Origin: a virus
Lineage: Duplodnaviria; Caudoviricetes
DNA length: 24,626 bases
IMG/VR virus record: IMGVR_UViG_3300038809_000020
Location: 1 to 24,626 of that record
Strand: one strand, 5' to 3'
Shown here: one piece after another, positions 1 through 7,558 of the stretch
How the letters are laid out: each line of letters opens with the position of its first letter
How positions within the stretch are numbered: the stretch's first letter is position 1
Program-made: the position numbers and the translations under genes
The notes under the pieces: model-generated
The model's database searches: none
Told to the model about the DNA's origin: nothing
Seen by the model: only the letters and a program-made list of their open reading frames with translations

Positions 1-273
1 GCCGACCCCCATTCGTCACCCGCCGCTCGGCCGCGCGCTGCCGCCGCCGCTCACCCGCGCCCGCCCGCCAACGGCGCGATCGCCCTCTTCCTCCGCCGCA
101 TGGGAGCTCCCGATGCCCAACGTGACACCGTTCGCGCCGCAGCAGATCTCGGCCCCGTCATTGATCACCGCGCAGATGGACACCCTGATCCGGATGTTCA
201 GCAGCCGGCTGGACGATCATCCGACCGACCGGCGCCGGAAGCGCATGCCCGCCACGCGGGCACCGGACGCTAG
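1..273 (+). CDS. Possible 3' end of an upstream gene (replication initiator by position), partial
   Basis: Frame 1 is open from base 1 to TAG 271-273 with Pro/Ala-rich sequence; overlaps the next ORF; function is positional inference only. Confidence 0.3.
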   Translation, partial: ADPHSSPAARPRAAAAAHPRPPANGAIALFLRRMGAPDAQRDTVRAAADLGPVIDHRADGHPDPDVQQPAGRSSDRPAPEAHARHAGTGR

Positions 274-922
274 CGCCTACGCCGCCCTGGGGCGGCGGAG
301 GGACGAGCTGCGCGCCAGCCTGGTCGCGACACCGGGCGACCAGGCCGACGACATCATCCTCGCGCTGCTGATGGGCTGGGCACAGTTCAGCGGATCGGCG
401 GACGAGGCCGAGGTCCGCGTCCGGATGTACGCCGAGGCGCTCGCCGAGCAGCCGACCTGGGCTATCGAGAAAGCCCGCCTGCGGTTCGCGCGCAGCAAGG
501 TCCAGACGATCTGGGACCGGCACAGCTGCCCGTCCATGGCGCAGGTCGCGGGCGAGTGCCGATACGTGCTGCTCGACATCGAGACCGAGCTCGCCCGCAT
601 CGAGATCATCCTCGGCGCCGAGCTCTACGACACCGGCGCCACCGACGATGATCGCGCCAATGCCGTCGCCCACTGGGAGACGGTCAAAGCCGACATGCGC
701 GGCGAGTCCGTGATCACCGAGCAGACGGAGGAAGAGATCTCCGCCGAGCGCGCGTCCATGGCCCGGGCGAACGACCGCTTCCGGGAGAGGGCCCGGATCG
801 CGGCCGAAGCGCAGGGCCGCGGCCAGGCCATGTGGGGCCGGATCCCGATCAGCGACGAGCTCGCCCGCAAGATCGGCCTGCGCGTGCCGATCCCTGCCGA
901 CCACGAAGAGGACGTCCACTGA
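113..922 (+). CDS. Hypothetical phage protein, likely replication-associated (helicase loader/inhibitor-like)
   Basis: 269 aa ORF, GGGAG upstream, GC3-rich codons; the segment YAEALAEQPTWAIEKA...PSMAQV resembles proteins that follow phage replication initiators. Confidence 0.6.
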   Translation: MPNVTPFAPQQISAPSLITAQMDTLIRMFSSRLDDHPTDRRRKRMPATRAPDASAYAALGRRRDELRASLVATPGDQADDIILALLMGWAQFSGSADEAEVRVRMYAEALAEQPTWAIEKARLRFARSKVQTIWDRHSCPSMAQVAGECRYVLLDIETELARIEIILGAELYDTGATDDDRANAVAHWETVKADMRGESVITEQTEEEISAERASMARANDRFRERARIAAEAQGRGQAMWGRIPISDELARKIGLRVPIPADHEEDVH

Positions 923-983
923 CCCAACGCGCCCGGCCGGCGCGCGGACCTGCCGGCCGCCCCACCCCCATAGGAGAGCATCC

Positions 984-1427
984 ATGCCTGACACCCCCGA
1001 CAGCTTCATCGATCTCACCGCCAGCATCGTGGCGGCCTACGTCAGCCGCCAGCTCGTCGCCGCACCCGACCTGCCTATGCTGATGCGCCAGGTCCACGAC
1101 GGCCTGGTGGCGCTCCAGGCGCCCGCGCCAGCTGCCAGCGCCGTGGTCGCAACCGAACCGGCGATCGAGCGCCCGACGCCCGTGCAAATTCGCAAGTCGA
1201 TCCGGGACGAGGCCCTGAAAAGCTTCATCGATGGCAAGCCGTACAGGACCTTGAAGCGGCACCTGCGATCCCACGGCCTCACACCGGAGACGTACCGCGA
1301 GCGCTACGGGCTCCCCGCGGACTACCCGATGGTAGCGCCCGGCTACGCCGCGCAGCGCTCGGCGCTCGCGAAGGCGATTGGGCTGGGCGTGCCCGGAGCC
1401 CAGGCGGCGCGGCAGGCGGCAGAATGA
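984..1427 (+). CDS. mucR: MucR/Ros family transcriptional regulator
   Basis: LTASIVAAYVS N-terminus and SFIDGKPYRTLKRHL..HGLTPETYRERYGLPADYPMVAP.Y...RS.LAK.IGLG signature; AGGAG RBS. Confidence 0.95.
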   Translation: MPDTPDSFIDLTASIVAAYVSRQLVAAPDLPMLMRQVHDGLVALQAPAPAASAVVATEPAIERPTPVQIRKSIRDEALKSFIDGKPYRTLKRHLRSHGLTPETYRERYGLPADYPMVAPGYAAQRSALAKAIGLGVPGAQAARQAAE

Positions 1428-1635
1428 GCAGGATGTTAGGGCAATACCTTGCCTGCCCCGCGTCGCATTTGCACAGCGCATTCACTTGCTCAATCCCATC
1501 GTTGCATAGCGAGGCGGTATGACCGCCGCCTTCATCAACGCTGGGGATCTGCCATGCTTCGAAAAGCAACCTTGCCGACTTCGATACCCGCATGACAGGA
1601 TGGGGCTATTTCGAAGCGCCGTCTCAGGTCCACCT

Positions 1636-3331
1636 ATGACAATCGACGTTGATTATCCTGTGCTACTTGAAAATTTTCGCGAGCACATGGCTCCAAAGCG
1701 GTCAGAGAGCGCGTCTTTTTTGATCTGGTATTTAGCGCAGTATTACCGCCTGGAGGAAGTTGAAGCTGTTGATGCGGTCTGCGATCAACCGGGCGACAAG
1801 GGAGTGGACGGCATATTTATCAATGATAACAGTCAGACCATAACTATCTTTCAATCAAAAATTTCGCACAGATCAGATACAGCCTTGGGAGATTTTGCGC
1901 TCCGAAATTTTCTCGGAACACTTCGGCAATTCCAATCCGTTGAAACTGCAGAACATCTCATGCATACCGCAGGAAGTGCTCAGGTTGCACAGCTGATCAG
2001 GCGTTCTGGCCTTCTAGAGAAACTACCTTCTTATGAGTTGCATGGTGAGTTTATTGCAAATATAGATCTTGACCGGAATGGCGCCGATTTTCTTGACCGG
2101 CACAGCAAAAGAGATTACTTTTATTGGGAAGAAGGAGTTGCTTTCAAATTATATTTCAGATGAACGCAACCTTCCAAAGCAAAAGCTAGTTGTATTTGAT
2201 ATTTTCGGAGTGAAATGCGCCGAGCATATTGCTGGAACAGGCACCAAGGCTGTTATCGCGCCAATAAGAGCGCGCGAGCTGGTGGAGCTCGATGGCATCG
2301 AAGACCAATCGTTATTTACTTATAATGTGCGAGGACCATTAGGTCGAACAAGCGTGAATAAGGATCTTGTTCGAAGTGTTAAAGACAGCTCTACGCATCG
2401 TAACTTCCCATTATTTCATAATGGGATCACTGTAATAACAAAACATCTCAAAATGGATGACGAAAAAATCGAGATTGGCGGTTATTATGTGGTTAACGGA
2501 TGTCAGAGCGTGACATCCTTGCATGGGAACAAGGCCTCGATCACTGACGATCTAAAATTATTAACAAAATTCATTCAAATGGACCCGACTTCCGACGAAG
2601 CAAAGCAGATTACTGAATATTCAAACAACCAGAATGGAGTTCGTTCCCGCGACTTCAAGTCTAATAACGCCATTCAGATACGGTTGCGTACCGAGTTCGC
2701 GCATCATTATCAGGGTCGGTATAGTTTCGAGATCAAGCGCGGTGAGACTTCGGCCGCGGGCGAGCCTATCTCAAACGAGGAGGCGGGCTTGTACCTTATG
2801 GCCTTCGATCTTCGAGAGCCTTGGGGGACTCATCGGAAATATGAAGTGTTCGAAGATAAGCATAGCGCTCTGTTCGGCAGGCCATACGTTACTGCGGACA
2901 GAATTGTTATGCTCAGAATTATAGATGATGAAATAAAGGCGCAGCTAGGCAAATTTAGGGAGCCTTTGCTCGCTCAGTATAAACTCACTCGATATATGTT
3001 GATGTATATTCTCCGCGAAATGCTCTTCGAGGATAACAAATTCAGAGAAATAATGAATGATCCGGCATCATTTGTTCGAGATGAGAGGCTTGGTCGCGCG
3101 TTCAGAAATTCGATTTCGATCTTCATTGCAGACATAATTGTCGACATTAACGAGGAAAGCAAAAGCTTTGGCGAGGATTTTGACTATCGAGGCAAGATCA
3201 AAGATGCTGACTGGGTAAGAGAAATCACGAAGACAATTCAGAAAGGATATTACAAGAACGTCAATCGGGGACGTCAGGATAGCTTTGAAGTGGAGTGGGA
3301 AAAATGCGTGGAGCAATCGGGGGCCGCTTGA
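1636..3331 (+). pseudogene. AIPR family (abortive infection phage resistance) protein split by a +1 frameshift near 2107-2110
   Basis: N-part has D.GVDG...FQSK (restriction-endonuclease-like); C-part has NVRG.LG, F..FHNGIT, VVNGCQS, ITEYSNNQN.V..RDF.SN AIPR motifs; the two ORFs (..2163 and 2069..3331) overlap; visibly AT-richer than flanks; ATG 1636 chosen as likely start. Confidence 0.85.
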
Positions 3332-3504
3332 AAGCCTCGGCGCCGGTTTCGAGGATGACCACATCCGCCAAGAGACGATCCGCTGTCTCAGCGGCCTGAT
3401 CACGACGCGGGACGCGCACCTAATGCCGCGGCAGGCATAGCATTTGCCGGATCATAGTTGCGATCGACGTCTCTTCGGTCAGCACCCAAAGCGACATCGC
3501 CGAG

Positions 3505-3540
3505 TTGCCACGGTTCCGTGCCTAGGAACATGCTAGGAAC
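3505..3540 (+). promoter_or_regulatory. Alphaproteobacterial LexA (SOS) box GAAC-N7-GAAC at 3526-3540 with upstream -35-like TTGCCA
   Basis: GAAC atgctag GAAC, intergenic, 35 nt upstream of ATG 3576; TTGCCA at 3505-3510. Confidence 0.7.
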
Positions 3541-3575
3541 GACGAGCGGCAATCTCGGCCGCGCCACCGCGTTCG

Positions 3576-3953
3576 ATGCCGCTCCGCCAGGAAGATCCTC
3601 CGCTCCACCCCGCCCTCGGCCACACCCCCAGCTGGACGAGCGGCGACGTGTTGCTCTGGATGAAGCGGGCGATGCACACGGATCCGCGCGTGCGCGGTCC
3701 GGCCGAGATCCGGCCGGTGAACTGGCCGAACGATTACCTCAACATCGCGGCGTCGGACTTCACCGCCAAACGTGACGTGCTGATCGCCTGGGCGCGCTGC
3801 CGCGCACAGCGTGAAAGCTTCCAGGAGCTCTGTCGCGGCATGGGCTGGAAGTCAGCAACTGCCTACCGGCTGCGAGATGAAGCGGCCGAGCAGATCGCCG
3901 CCGGCATCAACGCGGCGATCCTGCGCAGCATGCCCAAGAAGAATTCGGCTTGA
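3576..3953 (+). CDS. Putative phage transcription regulator with C-terminal HTH (DUF6362-like)
   Basis: WT...V N-terminal motif and C-terminal SFQELCRGMGWKSATAYRLRDEAAEQIAAGIN, a sigma region-4-like HTH pattern. Confidence 0.6.
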   Translation: MPLRQEDPPLHPALGHTPSWTSGDVLLWMKRAMHTDPRVRGPAEIRPVNWPNDYLNIAASDFTAKRDVLIAWARCRAQRESFQELCRGMGWKSATAYRLRDEAAEQIAAGINAAILRSMPKKNSA

Positions 3954-3980
3954 CACTGAGAAAACTGGCGCCGGATCAAC

Positions 3981-5057
3981 ATGCCGTTGCCGCTTTGTTT
4001 CGAACCGGCACAGCATTGGGGATACACCGTGCCGGCCCAGTCGCAGAGCACCACCCAGACCTTCGCGCCGGATCGGCGCACCTCGCCCGGCCGTCACGCC
4101 GGCGGCATCCGCCAGAGCCGCGTCCACGCCCCGCCGATCGGCACCCGCCGTCCGGAGACGCCGAACAAGCGCGTCATGGACATCGAGGACGTGCTGCGCT
4201 GGGCGTTCACCGACGAGTTGCCCAAGCGGCGCGAGGATGACGGCTCGTTCCGGATGCGCGAGTTCCCCTCGGTCTGCCCGATGTTCGCTATGGCCCAGCA
4301 CGGCGGTCGCATCGAGAACTTCACCCGGGAGCCCGGTTTCCCGGCCGCGATGGGTGAGCCGCACCCCGACGCGTTGATCGTCGAAGCCGCCGTCCTCGCG
4401 CTCTCCCGCTTCGCCGATCACCGGTTCGAGGGCGAGCTCGGGCTCGCCCCGGATCTGCCGGCTGGCCAGGATCAGCAGGGCCCGATGACGCGGGCGATGG
4501 AGCAGCTCGTCGACATCGTGCGCATCCGCGCCCGGCTCGGCGCGCGCCCGACCTTCGCCGCCTCGCCGGAGCCGGCGGCGGTCGTAGACAAGCAAGGCCG
4601 CCCCCTGGTGATGGTCCTGCGCTCCACGATGAAGACGGACGAGGAGGGGCGGCTGCGCCCGCAGCTGGTGGAAGAGAAGGTCGGCGCCGAGGGCAAGGAT
4701 CGGTACCCGCGCGGGGCCTACTGCGTCTTGGAGTGGGACGATCCGAAGTCGATCCTGATCGAGCGGGCGGAGTACGCCGCCTGGTGGGCTGGGCTCGACC
4801 TCCTGGCACACGAGCTCTCCGGCAAGCTCGCGTCCATCGCCGTGCTGCCGCCGGCGGCCGCTCAGCGCCCCTGGGCGGGGGAGACAGACGCGGCGAAGCC
4901 GAAGCGGATCCTCGACAATCAGTCGAGCCGCAAACGCCTGCGCGAGCAGCGTGTCGACCAAGTCGTGAACTACCTGCTGTCTCACCGACGGAAGAGCGGC
5001 CCGCGCAAGCCGAAGGCGGCTCCGGCGCTGCAAGCCGCAACCGGCGGAACGTCCTGA
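3981..5057 (+). CDS. Conserved alphaproteobacterial phage protein, candidate late antiterminator/activator (true start may be GTG 4029 or ATG 4176)
   Basis: Motifs DIEDVLRWAF.DELPK, HPDAL.V..AV, RAEY..WW..L..L and C-terminal PW; lies at the early/late boundary; function inferred from position. Confidence 0.65.
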   Translation: MPLPLCFEPAQHWGYTVPAQSQSTTQTFAPDRRTSPGRHAGGIRQSRVHAPPIGTRRPETPNKRVMDIEDVLRWAFTDELPKRREDDGSFRMREFPSVCPMFAMAQHGGRIENFTREPGFPAAMGEPHPDALIVEAAVLALSRFADHRFEGELGLAPDLPAGQDQQGPMTRAMEQLVDIVRIRARLGARPTFAASPEPAAVVDKQGRPLVMVLRSTMKTDEEGRLRPQLVEEKVGAEGKDRYPRGAYCVLEWDDPKSILIERAEYAAWWAGLDLLAHELSGKLASIAVLPPAAAQRPWAGETDAAKPKRILDNQSSRKRLREQRVDQVVNYLLSHRRKSGPRKPKAAPALQAATGGTS

Positions 5058-5129
5058 TCCGGGTCGTTCTTGGGCCCAGCTGTCACGTAGAACCTTGGTA
5101 TCGGGAGGACGGCACGCCATGTTCTCGGG

Positions 5130-5378
5130 ATGCCGATGTTCATCGCCTCCCAAACCTCGCCGCCGGCCGATCACGACGAAATGTCGGAGATGACCCGGAT
5201 GATCGCAAACGCTGACAGCGAAGCCTCAGCCATGGACCTGTTCCACGCCTTCGCGCAGCCAGGGCATACGGTCGAACTGACGGGCGAGTTGCCGAACTCG
5301 GCTTGGGTCGAGGAGCAGCAGAGGGCGGGTAAGCTGAAGCCCGGCGAGGTGATGAACTACTCCGCACCTCTCCGCTGA
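5130..5378 (+). CDS. Hypothetical protein
   Basis: 82 aa ORF filling the gap on the coding strand; start uncertain (5130 or 5136). Confidence 0.45.
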   Translation: MPMFIASQTSPPADHDEMSEMTRMIANADSEASAMDLFHAFAQPGHTVELTGELPNSAWVEEQQRAGKLKPGEVMNYSAPLR

Positions 5379-5387
5379 GAACTCGCC

Positions 5388-5430
5388 AGCGACAAACCAC
5401 TTGACTGCGGTTTGTCGCTTGACGCATATG
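5388..5430 (+). promoter_or_regulatory. Putative late promoter overlapped by a perfect 11-bp inverted repeat
   Basis: AGCGACAAACC (5388-5398) N10 GGTTTGTCGCT (5409-5419); TTGACT at 5401 with GCATAT 17 nt later; second TTGACG at 5419. Confidence 0.55.
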
Positions 5431-5449
5431 GACAGCGCAGAAGTTTAAG

Positions 5450-5489
5450 ACGGCCCCGGCGGAAACCCCGCGCGGGGCCGTTGTCGTTT
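5450..5489 (+). terminator. Putative intrinsic terminator just after the late promoter
   Basis: ACGGCCCCG (5450-5458) / CGGGGCCGT (5473-5481) stem followed by TGTCGTTT. Confidence 0.6.
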
Positions 5490-5645
5490 CGGGGAGGCCG
5501 GCCATGAAGCGCTGATCTCGCCGAGGCGGCCGACCTCTGATGCGGACGGCCTCGCCCGCTCTGACCCTGACAGTCTGACCTATAGCGGCCCCACAAAGCC
5601 GGGCCTGGGCAACGCTTCGAGCCCCCGGACAAGCTTGCCGCACGT

Positions 5646-5843
5646 TGTGTTCACGCCCCGAGATCCCTGAAATACGGGAGATGGCCGCACGTCACGGGCG
5701 GCCGAGAGGACAGAACCGAAGCTCACATCATCGCAGACCTCGCGCGAGCTACAGGCTTGCGCTTCAGCCCTGCGGGTGTGCCGGCCGACGTCTCACCCTC
5801 CACGATGCCCGGAAGGGCCGCCGAACCGACGGCGTGAAACACA
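5646..5843 (+). ncRNA. Candidate structured ncRNA 1 (~200 nt, multibranch)
   Basis: Closing helix TGTGTTCACGCC / GGCGTGAAACACA (one bulge); inner TCCC-TGAAATAC-GGGA, GGCCGC/GCGGCC, CACATC..CGCAG/CTGCG-GGTGTG, GCCC-GGAA-GGGC; no convincing ORF. Confidence 0.55.
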
Positions 5844-5994
5844 GGTCCCCTCGCTCTCGGGGTCATCCGAGCCGTCTCCGTGCGACCACGGACGCGCCGG
5901 CCGGGGCGTGATCCGGCCATCCCCTTTCAGCGATGCGGTGCAGGAGGCGATCGGCTATGATCTCCCTCATGATGCGCGCGCACAGCGCCCGGCG

Positions 5995-6261
5995 ATGACC
6001 GAGCGCGACATCGCCGAGCGCCTCCGGCAGCTCTGCACGAAGGCCGATCGGCTGCAGATGCCGAGCCATCGGCACAGCGCCGAGTCGTTCATGGTCGACC
6101 GCGACGAGATCCGCGACGGCCTGCGCCGCTTCTACCGCGAGCTCACTGGGCACTGGCCCGACCAGGAGGGCTCAGGACCTCCGCGCCGCCAGCCAGCGCC
6201 GGTCCCGGCCGCCGTCCTGCGCCACCGCGAACGCTTGCGACGCACCGCGAAGACGGCGTGA
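5995..6261 (+). CDS. Hypothetical protein (88 aa; alternative GTG start 5908)
   Basis: GC3-rich ORF MTERDIAERLRQLC...; ATGA overlap with a short upstream ORF 5957-5998. Confidence 0.6.
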   Translation: MTERDIAERLRQLCTKADRLQMPSHRHSAESFMVDRDEIRDGLRRFYRELTGHWPDQEGSGPPRRQPAPVPAAVLRHRERLRRTAKTA

Positions 6262-6417
6262 TCGACAGCAGCGGGCCGGGCTCTGCTGAGGGGCATTACC
6301 GCCCGACCCGCTGACCGTACGAGAGGACCGTCAGAAACCTCCCGCGCCGCTTTCCTAGCGTGAATGCCTAGCGTGTTCAGCGCGTTCGCAACCACGAACC
6401 CCGCAATTCGACCGATC
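6260..6417 (+). ncRNA. Candidate structured ncRNA 2 containing a sarcin-ricin-loop-like hairpin
   Basis: GATCG/CGATC closing pair; stem 6272-6281/6301-6310; CTGAC-cGTACGAGAGGACc-GTCAG (6311-6334); three-way junction 6343-6384; GTTCG/CGAAC hairpin. Confidence 0.6.
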
Positions 6418-6422
6418 CACAG

Positions 6423-6447
6423 CCCCGCTCCCGCGGGGTTTTTCTTT
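6423..6447 (+). terminator. Intrinsic terminator
   Basis: CCCCGC-TCCC-GCGGGG followed by TTTTTCTTT. Confidence 0.8.
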
Positions 6448-6458
6448 GCGAGCCAGAG

Positions 6459-6623
6459 ATGAACCTGACCGAGGCCTACCGGGCACGGGTCGATGCCGCG
6501 TGGAACGCGATCGCCCCGAAGCGCATCGCCGCGATCCAGTACGGCAAGGACGCGATCCATGTGCTGCACCCGACCAAGGGTTGGCGCCAGATCTCGCACA
6601 AGCGCCTCGGGATCGCCCGATGA
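6459..6623 (+). CDS. Small hypothetical phage protein (54 aa, LHPTKGWR motif)
   Basis: Manually translated MNLTEAYRARVDAAWNAIAPKRIAAIQYGKDAIHVLHPTKGWRQISHKRLGIAR; ATGA coupling to next ORF. Confidence 0.65.
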   Translation: MNLTEAYRARVDAAWNAIAPKRIAAIQYGKDAIHVLHPTKGWRQISHKRLGIAR

Positions 6624-6766
6624 CCTCCGGACAGCGCACGGCGCTCCTCGACATGTGTGCCGCGATCCTACGGTGCGACTGCGCGCCGGCGGACATCCGC
6701 TTCCGCGCCCGCAGCCTGCAGATCCGGATCGCGCTCGATGGCGCGCTCGGCAGCATCTTCGCCTGA
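6620..6766 (+). CDS. Small hypothetical protein (48 aa)
   Basis: ATGA overlap with upstream ORF; MTSGQRTALLDMCAAILRCDC... Confidence 0.55.
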   Translation: MTSGQRTALLDMCAAILRCDCAPADIRFRARSLQIRIALDGALGSIFA

Positions 6767-6779
6767 GGGCCACGTTTCC

Positions 6780-7010
6780 ATGAACCTCAGCGCCTCCGAT
6801 CTCGTCGACCAGGCCGTCGAGCAGCTCGCTCCGGTCGTCGGCTCGACCGCCTCCAGCCTCCGGGCTGCGGCCGACGCGTTCGATGCCTATGCGTCCAAGG
6901 CGCCGAGCGCGATGCACGAGCGGATCGCCGCCGTCATCGGCGAGGAGTGCCGCAACGCCGCCGACTGCGTGCAGGTCCGGCGCGCCTTCCTGCAGGGCTT
7001 CCGGCTGTGA
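6780..7010 (+). CDS. Small hypothetical protein (76 aa)
   Basis: GAGGG RBS, MNLSASDLVDQAVEQL..., GC3-rich. Confidence 0.6.
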   Translation: MNLSASDLVDQAVEQLAPVVGSTASSLRAAADAFDAYASKAPSAMHERIAAVIGEECRNAADCVQVRRAFLQGFRL

Positions 7011-7150
7011 GTGTCCTCGCACGCTTCGCCCTGCTTATCGGCCTGCGTCGCGCTGCTCCGGTTCGCTCCTGGCGTGATCCCGCGCCGCCGCTCTGCATCG
7101 GCCGCCCGGTCCACGCTGGCCGCGCTCTGTCCGTCGGCGAGGCCCCCTGA
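7007..7150 (+). CDS. Small hypothetical protein (47 aa)
   Basis: GTGA overlap with upstream stop; fills the gap to the next ORF. Confidence 0.35.
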   Translation: MSVLARFALLIGLRRAAPVRSWRDPAPPLCIGRPVHAGRALSVGEAP

Positions 7151-7151
7151 C

Positions 7152-7358
7152 ATGCCCGATTGGATCGCGGACCAGGCGCCACTGCCATTCATCGCGGTCA
7201 CGGTCGTGATCCTGCTCGGGGTCGCCGGCCTCGATGCCGATCATCCATCGCGTGCCGCCGCGATGTCGTCCCGCGATGTCCTGCTGCTGGCCGCGCTGCA
7301 TTTCGCGCTGGCCGCCTGCATCCTGATCGCCGCTATCAGCCTGGGGAATGCCGCATGA
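7152..7358 (+). CDS. Small two-TM membrane protein (68 aa)
   Basis: Two hydrophobic segments (LPFIAVTVVILLGVAGL; VLLLAALHFALAACILIAAISL); GAGG RBS. Confidence 0.55.
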   Translation: MPDWIADQAPLPFIAVTVVILLGVAGLDADHPSRAAAMSSRDVLLLAALHFALAACILIAAISLGNAA

Positions 7359-7558
7359 ACACGGTCTTCGCCCTGATCCTGGTGTGCGCCGTCTCGACCG
7401 CGCAACCGGACTGCACGCGCGAGACCGCGCTCGACGTCATCACCGTCAAGACGCCCTCCGTCTTCGCCTGCCTCATGACGGGCCAGACGAGCGTCGCCCG
7501 CGAGCAGCTGCTCGGCGATGGCCGCTACACCAAGGTGGTGTGCGGCTCCCGCCCGTGA
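7355..7558 (+). CDS. Small secreted Cys-containing protein (67 aa)
   Basis: ATGA coupling; hydrophobic N-terminus MNTVFALILVCAVSTAQ; four Cys. Confidence 0.6.
   Translation: MNTVFALILVCAVSTAQPDCTRETALDVITVKTPSVFACLMTGQTSVAREQLLGDGRYTKVVCGSRP

Noticed and set aside
2067-2100. 10-bp direct repeat TCTTGACCGG next to the AIPR frameshift
   Set aside because: Spacing is 24 nt (in frame), so it cannot explain the +1 shift; probably chance or an old micro-duplication
1428-3460. IS/transposon ends around the AIPR insert
   Set aside because: Only an 8-bp inverted match (TGCCTGCC/GGCAGGCA), no target duplication and no transposase
5510-5640. CTGATG/CTGAC words suggesting a hammerhead ribozyme or short repeat array
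   Set aside because: No CUGANGA...GAAA core with three stems; repeats are only 5 nt with irregular spacing
5708-5726. GGACAGAACCGAAGCTCA resembles the 3' conserved strand of RNase P RNA (ACAGAACCCGGCTTA)
   Set aside because: No GAGGAAAGTCC-type 5' P4 partner upstream; the match is short and imperfect
6354-6375. Direct repeat CCTAGCGTG x2
   Set aside because: Only two units, both absorbed in hairpins of RNA 2; not CRISPR- or iteron-like
6260-6420. Possible captured 23S rRNA fragment
   Set aside because: Identity is limited to the 14-nt SRL core; flanks do not follow rRNA sequence or order, so no rRNA feature is called
7152-7358. Holin call for the two-TM protein
   Set aside because: No adjacent endolysin or spanin and no charged C-terminal tail; left as a membrane protein of unknown function
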